Shown here: positions 29,569 through 39,383 of the stretch, one piece after another
Numbering within the stretch: position 1 is the first letter of the stretch
Layout of the letters: every line of letters begins with the position of its first letter
NCBI GenBank assembly: GCA_000993115.1
Contig: LBVN01000001.1
Location: forward strand, 19,924 to 83,923
Length of the DNA stretch: 64,000 nucleotides
Direction: 5' to 3'
Origin: Candidatus Woesebacteria bacterium GW2011_GWB1_38_8b
Lineage (GTDB): Bacteria; Patescibacteriota; Microgenomatia; UBA8517
Translations under genes and position numbers: made by a program
Notes under the pieces: generated by a model
What the model was told of the DNA's origin: nothing
Seen by the model: only the letters and a program-made list of their open reading frames with translations
The model's database searches: none

Positions 29569-31516
29569 TATAGTTTGTTAACCATAAAATATAATCAGCT
29601 CCATCAACCACTCCCGAATTATTAAAATCGCCGTTTGAAGGTCCGCTTACGTTTTGGTTGTAGTGGTTAAGCCATATTACATAATCTAAACCATCAACTC
29701 TTCCATCCCCATTTGCATCACCAGGTGTAAAAATCGGAGTTGGTGTCTGATTATTAATTATTGGAAAAAAAGGATCAACATCCTGACCGAAATAATTAGT
29801 GAGGGCACTGGCAATACCGCAACCGGCAGGAGTTTTATTAGACTCAGTCAGATAGTTACTTTCAAACATACTAAATCCTTTAATCCCCAAATTTCTCATC
29901 TGGTCAATCTGGTTAGTCAATATTGGAAGTTGATTGCAGTCTGTAATATTTAACGGACCAAGCCCGGGGAAAACTCTTTCCTGATAGTTTCTAGATGTTA
30001 TCCAATTTGTCAAAGCCGTAAATTTGGTGCTATCAAGCGTATATTCCATTGGAATTGCGTAGTCGAGATAATTATTGTCAATCCAAAGTGGCCAATTTTG
30101 GTGGACACCGATTTGTCGGCTATCTTGGGCCGGAAAAATTGCGGCGGAGATTTTCAAATTCGGTTTGATTTCCCGGATTTGACGGGCAACTTCGGCAACG
30201 ACAGCGGTAATTCCTTCCTCCATATATAACTGCCATTTAGCTATGTAATCTGTTGCCTGCTCAATTGTAATCGGATTAGGGCTGGTTAAACCTGATACTA
30301 ACCAGTGACTCTGGACAGAAGTAGGTATTGAAACAACACCGCTTTCCCGGCCACGGTTACCGATATATGAATCCGATCTGGTAGCCCCAATAATACTGCG
30401 GAATAGTGTTATCAGCGTATATCCGGTCCTGGTAGACGCGACTGCCGGCGTCGGCCCATCAATAAATATAACATTAGCACCTTTTTTTAGATACGTATCC
30501 AGCGCCAAAACGGTTTCGTCTGTGAAGTAATATATTTCCGGAATAACCAATGTGGAATTGGCTGGCAGAGCATTGATATTGGCCGCGGTAAAGTCGATTT
30601 TAGTAGAACTCACGCCAAGATACGACAGCCAGCTTGGAGTCTGTCTGATCGCATAATCGTTATAAGTACCGTTTTTCAGGATATAAACCGGTGCAGCATT
30701 GAAATAATTAATTGCTCTGGAGAAAACAGTATCCATAACCTTGAAGCTGATTTTTGACACCTGCCAGTTAAATGTCAGGACCTGACCGTGTTTGCCTGTT
30801 GTGTCACCGGTATAATTATTAAGAATTATTGCAGGTACATTATCATGAAACATAGCTATGGCTGTAGCAGTTGACGTGAGTCCAGAAACTCGGTTTCCCC
30901 AGACGGTTCCGAATGCTGGAAAATTGTCTCCCCTCATAATTGCCGGGTCAATACCATTTCTTTGAGAAAATTCGCTTAAATTATGATCGCTAAAAGAATA
31001 ATTTCCTGAGTCATAACGGATATAATCATAGTGAATACCATCCGCGTTATAATTATTTGCCCAATCAACCATAACCTTAATCGAATTTTGCTGCACTTCC
31101 GGAATGCTAAAATCGATCCATCTTTGTCCCAAAACACCTGGGTAGTTAAGACCGCCACGAGTCATTCCATTTGGCAACTTGGCATCCCAAGTGTCTTTTC
31201 CGGAAGAAAAAGCAGCACAATCCCTCCAGTGACCTGCACAAAGATAAGCGTTTGCATCCCATAGGTGGATTTGCATACCTTTTGAATGAACCTTATCAAT
31301 AATGGTCTGAAGACTTAAGCTTCTTGCTCCCCAGACGCCGAAATAAATAACATTAAAGTGCATATCCTTAAGCTTTTGTAGTTTATTATCCAAATCAACA
31401 TCATCCTGAAGCCATACACCCCTATTTTCGGATTGTGATGTTTGCGCTAAAGTGGTTTTTACGTGTCCAATAAATAACGTTATAAGTAAACAAAATAATA
31501 GTAGTTTTTTATACAT
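29561..31516 (-). CDS. Secreted glycoside hydrolase-like family 10 (GHL10-type TIM barrel) protein with a dockerin
   Basis: The mature N-terminus ...NRGVWLQDD... matches the start of GHL10/YngK-like proteins. Dockerin at the C-terminus. ATGTATAA start-stop overlap with the upstream gene. Confidence 0.45.
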   Translation of the reverse strand: MYKKLLLFCLLITLFIGHVKTTLAQTSQSENRGVWLQDDVDLDNKLQKLKDMHFNVIYFGVWGARSLSLQTIIDKVHSKGMQIHLWDANAYLCAGHWRDCAAFSSGKDTWDAKLPNGMTRGGLNYPGVLGQRWIDFSIPEVQQNSIKVMVDWANNYNADGIHYDYIRYDSGNYSFSDHNLSEFSQRNGIDPAIMRGDNFPAFGTVWGNRVSGLTSTATAIAMFHDNVPAIILNNYTGDTTGKHGQVLTFNWQVSKISFKVMDTVFSRAINYFNAAPVYILKNGTYNDYAIRQTPSWLSYLGVSSTKIDFTAANINALPANSTLVIPEIYYFTDETVLALDTYLKKGANVIFIDGPTPAVASTRTGYTLITLFRSIIGATRSDSYIGNRGRESGVVSIPTSVQSHWLVSGLTSPNPITIEQATDYIAKWQLYMEEGITAVVAEVARQIREIKPNLKISAAIFPAQDSRQIGVHQNWPLWIDNNYLDYAIPMEYTLDSTKFTALTNWITSRNYQERVFPGLGPLNITDCNQLPILTNQIDQMRNLGIKGFSMFESNYLTESNKTPAGCGIASALTNYFGQDVDPFFPIINNQTPTPIFTPGDANGDGRVDGLDYVIWLNHYNQNVSGPSNGDFNNSGVVDGADYILWLTNYNG

Positions 31517-32765
31517 TATAATTGGTTAGCCAGATTACATAGTCAGCTCCGTCAACTACACCATCAGAATTAAAGTTACCATTTGACGGACCTGGGATGC
31601 TTTGATTATAGTGAATAAGCCAAATTACATAATCGGTCCCATCAACTCTCCCATCACCATTTGCGTCACCTGGTTTTAATATTGCGGGCGAAACGCAATT
31701 AGGTGAAAGCGTACCGATACAATCATCAGTAATTTTCTTAAGCATTGCCCAGCGGTCTTTTCCCTCCGGATCAAATTGTCCATTATGCAGCGTTTTGGTA
31801 TAACCACTGTATGACCTGTCCCAATCGTACCAAATCATCATATCAACAACACCGGACCTGGCAACCCGACAGGCTTCTTCGTACATCTGATCAGCTGTTG
31901 GTACATGAGCATTATTGTAACCGACATTCTCAAAAGCTTGCAGAAGAACCCCGTAGTTGGCATTTTCACCGACAACAGCTCTATCCCTTTTCATCTTTTC
32001 CAGGCCATAACCGCAAGTTCCTTCAGGGCCATAGCATTTATTACTGCAAGAACTAGCCCACTGATTAAGGCAGCACGAAGGGTTGGATGAGTTTGCTATT
32101 TCACAGGTTAATGACTGGCAGGTGTTACCTCCGCTACCTTGATAAAAAGGTATACAGTGGGTCCAGGAAATCGGCCAATCAATAGCATCCGCCCCTATCG
32201 CCTGCCATTGCGCTTTGCTGCTAATTCCTGTATCAACAACGTTATCAATCCAATTGGCTATCGGCAAATTATATTCACTTTTGATTTTATTAGTAAGAGC
32301 AACCTGCTGAGCCAGTGTAATTCCATCGTTACGGGGTTCCTGAAAGGTGTTAATCCCTATAAGAAGATCTCTGCCACGTCCGGTTTGATACCACTCCCTT
32401 ATACGGTTTAGAATGGGTTTTTCTGCCTCATCTATTACCCATACGCCGTTAACCAAATTCCAGGGTATGCAGTCAGACCCGCAAAAATGAGGGCCGTTTG
32501 GCCATATAATCAGATACATATTGGTCTCTTCAGCTTTTTGGATATAAGAATTGAGTTTATTTAGATCTCCTTCATTAACGATTGCCTGAACAAGGTTAAT
32601 TCCATAGTTTCTGAGAACAGTAAAATCGTTGACATTACTAACATTATCGACTCCATGATAACAAACCTTACGAGTTGGTGTTTGAGCCAATAGGTTATCA
32701 GTAGCGACAAGTGCTATTACGAATATTACCAAGACAACGGATAAGATATACCTTAGCTTATACAT
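31509..32765 (-). CDS. Secreted putative glycoside-hydrolase-like protein with a Cys-rich insert and a dockerin
   Basis: Signal peptide LLAQTP. Alpha/beta-barrel-like alternation. Dockerin KPGDANGDGRVDGTDYVIWLIHYNQS...NGNFNSDGVVDGADYVIWLTNY. Confidence 0.4.
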   Translation of the reverse strand: MYKLRYILSVVLVIFVIALVATDNLLAQTPTRKVCYHGVDNVSNVNDFTVLRNYGINLVQAIVNEGDLNKLNSYIQKAEETNMYLIIWPNGPHFCGSDCIPWNLVNGVWVIDEAEKPILNRIREWYQTGRGRDLLIGINTFQEPRNDGITLAQQVALTNKIKSEYNLPIANWIDNVVDTGISSKAQWQAIGADAIDWPISWTHCIPFYQGSGGNTCQSLTCEIANSSNPSCCLNQWASSCSNKCYGPEGTCGYGLEKMKRDRAVVGENANYGVLLQAFENVGYNNAHVPTADQMYEEACRVARSGVVDMMIWYDWDRSYSGYTKTLHNGQFDPEGKDRWAMLKKITDDCIGTLSPNCVSPAILKPGDANGDGRVDGTDYVIWLIHYNQSIPGPSNGNFNSDGVVDGADYVIWLTNYNV

Positions 32766-34515
32766 TATAGCTTACTAGCCAGATAACATAGTCTACTCCG
32801 TTTACCGTTCCGTCTTCATTAAAATCACCATCTCTAACTCCATTTCCAGAATTTTGATTGTAATGATTAAGCCAAATTAAATAATCCACCCCGTCAACTT
32901 TTCCATCACCATTTGCATCCCCTGGAATCGTAGTCGGGGTTGGGGTTTGTTCAAAAACAAATTCATAAGCTCCGATATCAAAAGCCGACCCTTGAGGCCG
33001 TATGGTTCCAATATAATCATCCGTAATACCTATTGCCGATAAATCTGCTCCGGAATTGACAGCGAGTGAGCTTGTTTGCAGGGAATAATCATTTATTGCC
33101 GGGTTTGTAAATTTTACTTGGGAAATATTTAGTGTTGTTAAGTTATTTGAAACGAAAAACTCACTACTTTCGGCACTGGGAATATTAAAATACCCGGAGG
33201 ACCCATAGCCAGGATTAATAATAATATTATTCTTTATCACATTTGCGTTTATACCGTTGTTGATTGCAAAAGTGATGCCATATCCAGCCGGATTAACTAT
33301 AGTATTATTAACAACAATTGTGTTGCCGTTATGTTGGTAACCTGTTGGCTTTACATATACATATATTCCGTCATGCCAATAAGAACTGGCGGTATTATTG
33401 GCAATGACGTTATTATAAATTCTGCCCCCGTCACCTCCATAAGTAATTCCATGACCCTTGGTATTGGTAATTAAATTGTTGTAAATATCACAAACACTAC
33501 CCGGGTTGATATTAATACCGTGAACATCTGTGGCTATGTCTTGCCCACCCTTATTTATCGAGTTGTTGTAAATATTGCAATCTTTTACGGCTGATCCAAC
33601 TTGTAGTGTTTTGTCGCCAAGTGTATCAATAACATTGTTGTAAATATGGACACCTTCGATTACGGGATTGACTACAACAACACCTGTTGTTACTGATCCA
33701 TCAGGGTTGTTACAACTTCTGGTATAGGGAATAGTAGAATAATTTGAATTCCCAATATAATATGCCAGTTGTAAGCTTGAGGTGTTGTCGGCTTTTGTAA
33801 ATCCATGAAAGTAATTATCATGAAAAAACAAATTATGTTGTGTAAAATTATCACGACTAACTACATCCAACTCATTATATAAACCATCTCCATTGTAATC
33901 CCAATCGTCATTATTAAGGCGGATTGCCTCATTCGCTCTTGAAATCGCCGGACATGAAGCGTTTGTGATTGCGTGAACAGCAATGGTAGACCCGAGAAGT
34001 TCCGTAAATTCCAAATGGTCAATCTCAAAGTATTCGGATTTCAGTCCCAACAACAAACCAAAAGTCAGGGCTTTTTGAACAAAAATACCGTATTTAAAAC
34101 CCGGACTTCCAGTTCCAGTTATTCGGAAATGTTTGGCATTGGCAATGAAAAATCCATATCCTGAAGAAGTATTGAATATTACTTGTCCTCCAGAATTAAT
34201 AAAGGTTATTGGATTTGTTACTGTACCACTAATATTTTTAATAGTTAAAGTACCTCTAGTTCCTGAAGAAATACAGACAGTATCACCTGGCTGAACTTGA
34301 TTGTATGGTGAAGACCTACCATCAAATACGGAAGTGGACACATTGACAGTAAAATCACAGTTTGGAGTTTGCGCCCATAAACCATCTACAGCAATCAACG
34401 AAATTGCATATAATATTAATGCGCTAAACACCGCATATCCTAATTTATACATTGTAGTTCGAAAGCCAGATAACATAGTCAGCTCCATCAACTTTTCCAT
34501 CAGAATTTGCATCAC
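32758..34515 (-). CDS. Secreted right-handed parallel beta-helix repeat protein with a dockerin; the likely true start is the Met at about 34452 (MYKLGYAVF...)
   Basis: PbH1-like repeats (YNNVIDT, YNNSINK, YNNLITN, YNNVIANN, NNTIVN, KNNIIIN). Dockerin IPGDANGDGKVDGVDYLIWLNHYNQN...DGDFNEDGTVNGVDYVIWLVSY. Confidence 0.5.
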   Translation of the reverse strand: MMQILMEKLMELTMLSGFRTTMYKLGYAVFSALILYAISLIAVDGLWAQTPNCDFTVNVSTSVFDGRSSPYNQVQPGDTVCISSGTRGTLTIKNISGTVTNPITFINSGGQVIFNTSSGYGFFIANAKHFRITGTGSPGFKYGIFVQKALTFGLLLGLKSEYFEIDHLEFTELLGSTIAVHAITNASCPAISRANEAIRLNNDDWDYNGDGLYNELDVVSRDNFTQHNLFFHDNYFHGFTKADNTSSLQLAYYIGNSNYSTIPYTRSCNNPDGSVTTGVVVVNPVIEGVHIYNNVIDTLGDKTLQVGSAVKDCNIYNNSINKGGQDIATDVHGININPGSVCDIYNNLITNTKGHGITYGGDGGRIYNNVIANNTASSYWHDGIYVYVKPTGYQHNGNTIVVNNTIVNPAGYGITFAINNGINANVIKNNIIINPGYGSSGYFNIPSAESSEFFVSNNLTTLNISQVKFTNPAINDYSLQTSSLAVNSGADLSAIGITDDYIGTIRPQGSAFDIGAYEFVFEQTPTPTTIPGDANGDGKVDGVDYLIWLNHYNQNSGNGVRDGDFNEDGTVNGVDYVIWLVSYNV

Positions 34516-36694
34516 CCGAAATAAGCGTAGGGGTTGGTGAACTCCCTGAAGAATTAAGCAGTACTATCGCGTCATTGGGTTGAAGAGTAATTGAGTTAAC
34601 AGTACTGCCATCGTTATACCTTGCAGTACTTACAACCTTAATTGCATCGCCTATAACAACACCTGAACCCAAGGGTTTAACAACAACAGTTGCAGATTGG
34701 TTAAAATTATATTTTCCCAAACTATGCCAACCCAAAGCACCAACCGATTGGTCTAAGTTCACGTCTGCCCCATTTATATTGACCGTAACATTTTTACTAT
34801 AACTCGCAGACGGTGCTACCCAAGCCAAGACTTCATATTCACCAGCATACGGTATTGTAAAATTATAAGTCAGAGTTGCGCTGGTATTTGGAGCTGTAAT
34901 AGAGTGAACTTTTAAACCCCATTGATCAAAGCTTGCACTAGGATTAGTCCAAGAGCCAACAACCGTAGCCTGGTCATCATCAATTCTCTGAAAATAAAGC
35001 GGTGCCTGTGTGCCGTTAAGTTTTTGGTAAGTTTTGTCCAGTGTTACTGTTTGCTGCAATGGTCCTTCGTTTAATAAAACAGTTCCGTTATCAAAATGCC
35101 GCTGCCATACCCCTCCAACACCTTCTTGAAAGGCTATATCGTCAAAATAAATATCTCCTGCGTCAATGCCCAAATCAAATAGTAGCGTACCATTAGTGCC
35201 TGTACCTGTAGCTTTAAGTACATAATAATATTGATTCCATTCAGGGAAAAGACGTATATTATATGCCGCTTGTGCCAATGTTTCCCAAGCACCTCCGGCT
35301 CTTTGAACTCTTACCCCGCCATTACGGGAGGTGCTAGCTTTTGCACGGAAACTAACCGTATAATATTTTCCCGTCTCAACCGAAACATAATTTTCCCTAA
35401 AAACTGCCCAGCCGCTTGCCGCACCTCCAAGATGTATATGGGCTGAACCGTTTTCAACATTATAAGTTGCTATGACACTGCTTCCGCTTGTACTTGCAAA
35501 CCAGGGGCTGGTTCCTGAGGAAAAATTTCCGTTTACCACTTGATCGGGAGAGGTAATTTGACTGACAAGCGTATGTGTATCGGTAGGTTGTCCAAGATAT
35601 CCAAGTGTTGAAATCTGACCTCGAGTGCCGTATTCGTCATACCACCAGTTAGAATTGCCATACATATAGCTCCCTAAGTCATATGAATACATAACTCCAG
35701 CCATCATCGAAGAAACCAAACCGAAACGCATACGATCATAATCAGCGCCGTATTCGGCCATCATTTCCGGTTTTATCGCAGTCCAAATATTCTGGAAGTT
35801 ATATTTTGTCTTTATCAAAATACCGTTGGGAGAGTTCATCAAACCTGTTGTGTTTGGGTTGATTGCAGTATTCTGAGCCCATACAGAAAAGCCATTAATA
35901 ATTTCCGGCCAAGGTCTGCCGAAATCATTATCCAAATACCTTTTCATATCCATTTCGTATAAACGCCCGTTTACCCATTGACCATAATAAGGCGGAGAAT
36001 CGTTTGCATGAATAATGATATTAGGAAATGCGGCTCTTAATCTTTGAAAAATATCAATCATGCCGGCAACATAATCTGCATCGACCGAAGTAAGATTGTC
36101 CGGTATTCCATCAACGTTGGTATCTATATTATTACCTAAAACCCAACTAACACCCCCGTCTCCGGCTTGATCTACCTGCCAGCCATCAAAATGACCGCCG
36201 CTGGCATTCCACTTTCCAATAAAATAATTTACTAAAACACCACGGCAATAACTATTTCCTAAATTATTGTAAGCGGCGTTGTAACTAACATCCCGCAATA
36301 CTGCCCCTGAGGAGTTCCGCAAAATACATGCATAGTCAGGAGTACCGGGAGTGGCGCTCCACCATTGTGGTTGAACATCCAAACCACTCCCCGGGTCATG
36401 TGCCGGAATAATATCTGCAGTTACAAGTATTTTCGTATTAGGATTCAGAACATGTATCGCATCCGCACGACTTTTACTGGTGGAGTTGGATCCATCGCTG
36501 TACATTGCGTAGAGATTGAAACTTGCAAAGTACCCGTTGTCTACATTAGCTGTATAATTCCCCCACAAATTATATATTCGCGGATATCCACTGCTGTCTG
36601 CAAAGGTGTTTTTAGGATTTAATAAAAAAAATGCAAAAAACAAAAGCACCGTTGACAAGCGACAACTAACAATCAGTAATTTCTTACACCCCAT
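34445..36694 (-). CDS. Secreted glycoside-hydrolase-like TIM-barrel + CBM4/9-like + dockerin protein (family B paralogue of 12165..14513)
   Basis: Collinear and highly similar to 12165..14513 (SGYPRI..N.WG.Y, DAGDIYFDDI.FQEGVGGVWQRHF). Dockerin ISGDANSDGKVDGADYVIWLSNY. Confidence 0.55.
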   Translation of the reverse strand: MGCKKLLIVSCRLSTVLLFFAFFLLNPKNTFADSSGYPRIYNLWGNYTANVDNGYFASFNLYAMYSDGSNSTSKSRADAIHVLNPNTKILVTADIIPAHDPGSGLDVQPQWWSATPGTPDYACILRNSSGAVLRDVSYNAAYNNLGNSYCRGVLVNYFIGKWNASGGHFDGWQVDQAGDGGVSWVLGNNIDTNVDGIPDNLTSVDADYVAGMIDIFQRLRAAFPNIIIHANDSPPYYGQWVNGRLYEMDMKRYLDNDFGRPWPEIINGFSVWAQNTAINPNTTGLMNSPNGILIKTKYNFQNIWTAIKPEMMAEYGADYDRMRFGLVSSMMAGVMYSYDLGSYMYGNSNWWYDEYGTRGQISTLGYLGQPTDTHTLVSQITSPDQVVNGNFSSGTSPWFASTSGSSVIATYNVENGSAHIHLGGAASGWAVFRENYVSVETGKYYTVSFRAKASTSRNGGVRVQRAGGAWETLAQAAYNIRLFPEWNQYYYVLKATGTGTNGTLLFDLGIDAGDIYFDDIAFQEGVGGVWQRHFDNGTVLLNEGPLQQTVTLDKTYQKLNGTQAPLYFQRIDDDQATVVGSWTNPSASFDQWGLKVHSITAPNTSATLTYNFTIPYAGEYEVLAWVAPSASYSKNVTVNINGADVNLDQSVGALGWHSLGKYNFNQSATVVVKPLGSGVVIGDAIKVVSTARYNDGSTVNSITLQPNDAIVLLNSSGSSPTPTLISGDANSDGKVDGADYVIWLSNYNV

Positions 36695-39362
36695 AATTAT
36701 TCAACCAAATCACATAGTCAGCCCCATCAACATTTCCTGAATTATTAAAGTCACCATTTGCAGGACCGGTGACATTTAGATTGTAGTGATTTAGCCAAAT
36801 TACATAATCAGCTCCATCAACTCGTCCGTCGTTATTCGCATCTCCTAGGATTGGCGTTGGTGAGATTGTAGGAGTAATACTTATCGATTGATTATAATTC
36901 CCGATTTTTACTCCAACATCTGTTGTTACCGAAGCCAAATTATTTAGATTTATTATCAGTTCACCTTGATTGTTCGTTGGAATTTGTGAACTTGTTTTAG
37001 CTAAATTCGCACCATTGTCGAATTGCCAATATTCTACTGGCAGGGTTTCGTTTACAGAAAAACCTGAAATTGTAACACTCCCTGTTAATCTACCTAAATC
37101 CCAAGTCTGGGAACATCCGGATATTCCACCCACTACTGCGCACCATGTGTGTTTTTTATTTTGAATCCAAAGGTGCGCCAATTTCTTTTGTATATTTTTC
37201 TGACCAATAACCCGAATCGAATTATTATCATATCCCAAGGCTCCTATATCTGTATAACCTCCCTGATTTAAAGGAATATTTACTAAAAAGTCGGAAAGGG
37301 GTTTAAATCTATCCCGATGGTCAAACGTCAAAGGACAAGGAACAACTCCCCCGGGACAGTCATAAATATGAAAATTTTCAAACCAATAAGATTCAATTAA
37401 TCCGCCAGAATTAAGTCCCGCCCAAAGAAAATTATGAAGCCAAACCCCATTAGTATCCTTTCTTATATCTGAATCCTGAACCAGGTTGTTATCAACCACA
37501 AAACCGGTTTCCCCCCTTACTGTCGGCCAGCGTGTGTTTGATTGCGTACCCCACTGCGAACTGGCATCAATAGTAGCTTGTGCCTCGTCATAAAAATCAG
37601 TCAATGGCACACAAGGATTTCCGGATCTTCTTATGTAGCAGTGAACATCAGCAAAATCAATACCGGGATAATTATTTAAATTCCAAGAGGATGTAGTCCC
37701 TGTCCAAACTGAAGTTGACACCATTTGATGCGGGGAAAATTGACCCATATATTCCCCCATCATATTAACCGAAATTCTGTGGCCAGAATAACCCGGATCA
37801 CCCTCGTTCACATATTCCCAGGAATGTATATTTGTCGAATATCCCCAACGGGCCTCCAGATATCTCCACCAAGCTTTTTGTAACCACCTTGTTTTGGTAA
37901 TGGAGGTGTCTGAGGGTCCATAAAAATAATAAGATACGGGGTTAAAATCACCTGTTGGATTCCCGCTATGGTCAATGTGTGTAAATGTCCACTCTCTGTG
38001 GTCTCCAATTACGGGACGAAGGTAAACACTGTTCTGTTTAGCCAACTCAACAACCTGATCAAAAGAAAAAGAATTTCGCTGGTCAAAATATCTATGGTGA
38101 TCCATTTTAGGTTTTTGTAAAATATTTGCACCAACCGCAATATTGTTCTGTAATTCCTTTATTTCAACCTCGGAAACTCTGACACTTCCTGAAGTTATAT
38201 TCTCGAGTTGTAAAAAAAGATGGTCTATGAAATCCTGATTTCCGGTCGTAAAAGTTCCCGTCAACCATTGCCAGGAAGCGTTTGCTCCCTGCCTTACATA
38301 AGGTGTAATTGCAGTTGCCGAATTACATCCCTGCCAAGTACCCAGTTTGGCTACAAATCCCCCCTCCCCAACAATATTATCAGGATAATAAAAAATTCTA
38401 ATTTGGTAAGTAGTGTTTGGTTTTACAGCAATTGGAGCGTTTTGGTATGGGTCATGAAAAACACAAGGGTACACTGTTCCTACTTTTAACGCCAGTTCAT
38501 GATCGCTTTCCAAATACTGATTAACGTTCGAGGTTAGAAGTTCCATCGGAGGATCGCCCCCTGTATTTCCAAATGCTTTCCATGGATTCCAACCTGCACC
38601 AAATATTGACCACTGAGACAGCCAAACGCGAATCAGTTGAACACCATTTTGTCCCATACTTTGAAAATTGGATTGATTTTGTGAAATCGGATTTACCCAG
38701 TTTACGTGGTTATAGTTCATGTTATATCCAAGACCGGCAAAATATGACCCATTATCAAATTCAAAATAGCGCTTATCACTTTGGGCAACTCTAATAAATC
38801 CCTTACTGCCTGATGCGACAACACTAAAGCCACTGATGTTTGAAGTTGAACTGCCTGATGCGTCTCGCACTTTTATTCTGTATTGCCAGTTTCCGACTTG
38901 GTTTGGTGCGTAACGAACTTTCCAGGAAAAATTTCCGTTTGGATATATCCAGTCTCTAGTCCCGTTGTTTTTGCTTAACATTGAAAAATCCTGATAATAA
39001 AAAGCTGGTTGCGTATAAGCATTGTTCCAGTCTGTTTCGCCTGGAGGAAGAAGCTCCGCGTCTACTGAAATTCCTAAATCGGCTTCTTTAAGGCCTGATG
39101 GCACAGGAGGTTCATAAGGAAGCTGTAAATTTTGTGCAACAGTATTTGCAACCTGAAAAGAAATTTCCAGCTTTTCGTATTTTGGAATTTGAGAACCCTG
39201 ATACGATGACCTATTATCGGAAATACTATTTATCGTAGGTCCCTGCTGGGCAAAAATATTTCTTGGATACACCAAAAAAAATCCCAAACATAGAAATAGT
39301 GATGTTAGAATTAATAGTCTTCGCATACTACTTATCAGTATATCAGCCAACTGGACTCTCAA
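36684..39362 (-). CDS. Secreted DUF5060/GH5-like (cellulase-superfamily TIM barrel) protein with a dockerin
   Basis: N-terminal Ig-like region, then a TIM-barrel-like core (KRYFEFDNGSYFAGLGYNMNY...RVWLSQW). Dockerin LGDANNDGRVDGADYVIWLNHYNLN...NGDFNNSGNVDGADYVIWLNNY. Confidence 0.4.
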   Translation of the reverse strand: MRVQLADILISSMRRLLILTSLFLCLGFFLVYPRNIFAQQGPTINSISDNRSSYQGSQIPKYEKLEISFQVANTVAQNLQLPYEPPVPSGLKEADLGISVDAELLPPGETDWNNAYTQPAFYYQDFSMLSKNNGTRDWIYPNGNFSWKVRYAPNQVGNWQYRIKVRDASGSSTSNISGFSVVASGSKGFIRVAQSDKRYFEFDNGSYFAGLGYNMNYNHVNWVNPISQNQSNFQSMGQNGVQLIRVWLSQWSIFGAGWNPWKAFGNTGGDPPMELLTSNVNQYLESDHELALKVGTVYPCVFHDPYQNAPIAVKPNTTYQIRIFYYPDNIVGEGGFVAKLGTWQGCNSATAITPYVRQGANASWQWLTGTFTTGNQDFIDHLFLQLENITSGSVRVSEVEIKELQNNIAVGANILQKPKMDHHRYFDQRNSFSFDQVVELAKQNSVYLRPVIGDHREWTFTHIDHSGNPTGDFNPVSYYFYGPSDTSITKTRWLQKAWWRYLEARWGYSTNIHSWEYVNEGDPGYSGHRISVNMMGEYMGQFSPHQMVSTSVWTGTTSSWNLNNYPGIDFADVHCYIRRSGNPCVPLTDFYDEAQATIDASSQWGTQSNTRWPTVRGETGFVVDNNLVQDSDIRKDTNGVWLHNFLWAGLNSGGLIESYWFENFHIYDCPGGVVPCPLTFDHRDRFKPLSDFLVNIPLNQGGYTDIGALGYDNNSIRVIGQKNIQKKLAHLWIQNKKHTWCAVVGGISGCSQTWDLGRLTGSVTISGFSVNETLPVEYWQFDNGANLAKTSSQIPTNNQGELIINLNNLASVTTDVGVKIGNYNQSISITPTISPTPILGDANNDGRVDGADYVIWLNHYNLNVTGPANGDFNNSGNVDGADYVIWLNNYGV

Positions 39363-39383
39363 TCCAGAAAAAAATTTGTGAAT

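Noticed and set aside
10747-39362. Interpreting the C-terminal DxNxDGxVDGxD repeats as generic EF-hand, thrombospondin type 3 or PEP-CTERM sorting tags
   Set aside because: The module is always exactly two ~22-residue segments, each a Ca-loop followed by a helix (DYVIWLN..Y), at the extreme C-terminus of otherwise unrelated enzymes. Cohesin-like partners are encoded in the same locus. There is no following TM or basic tail as in PEP-CTERM. A dockerin fits best.
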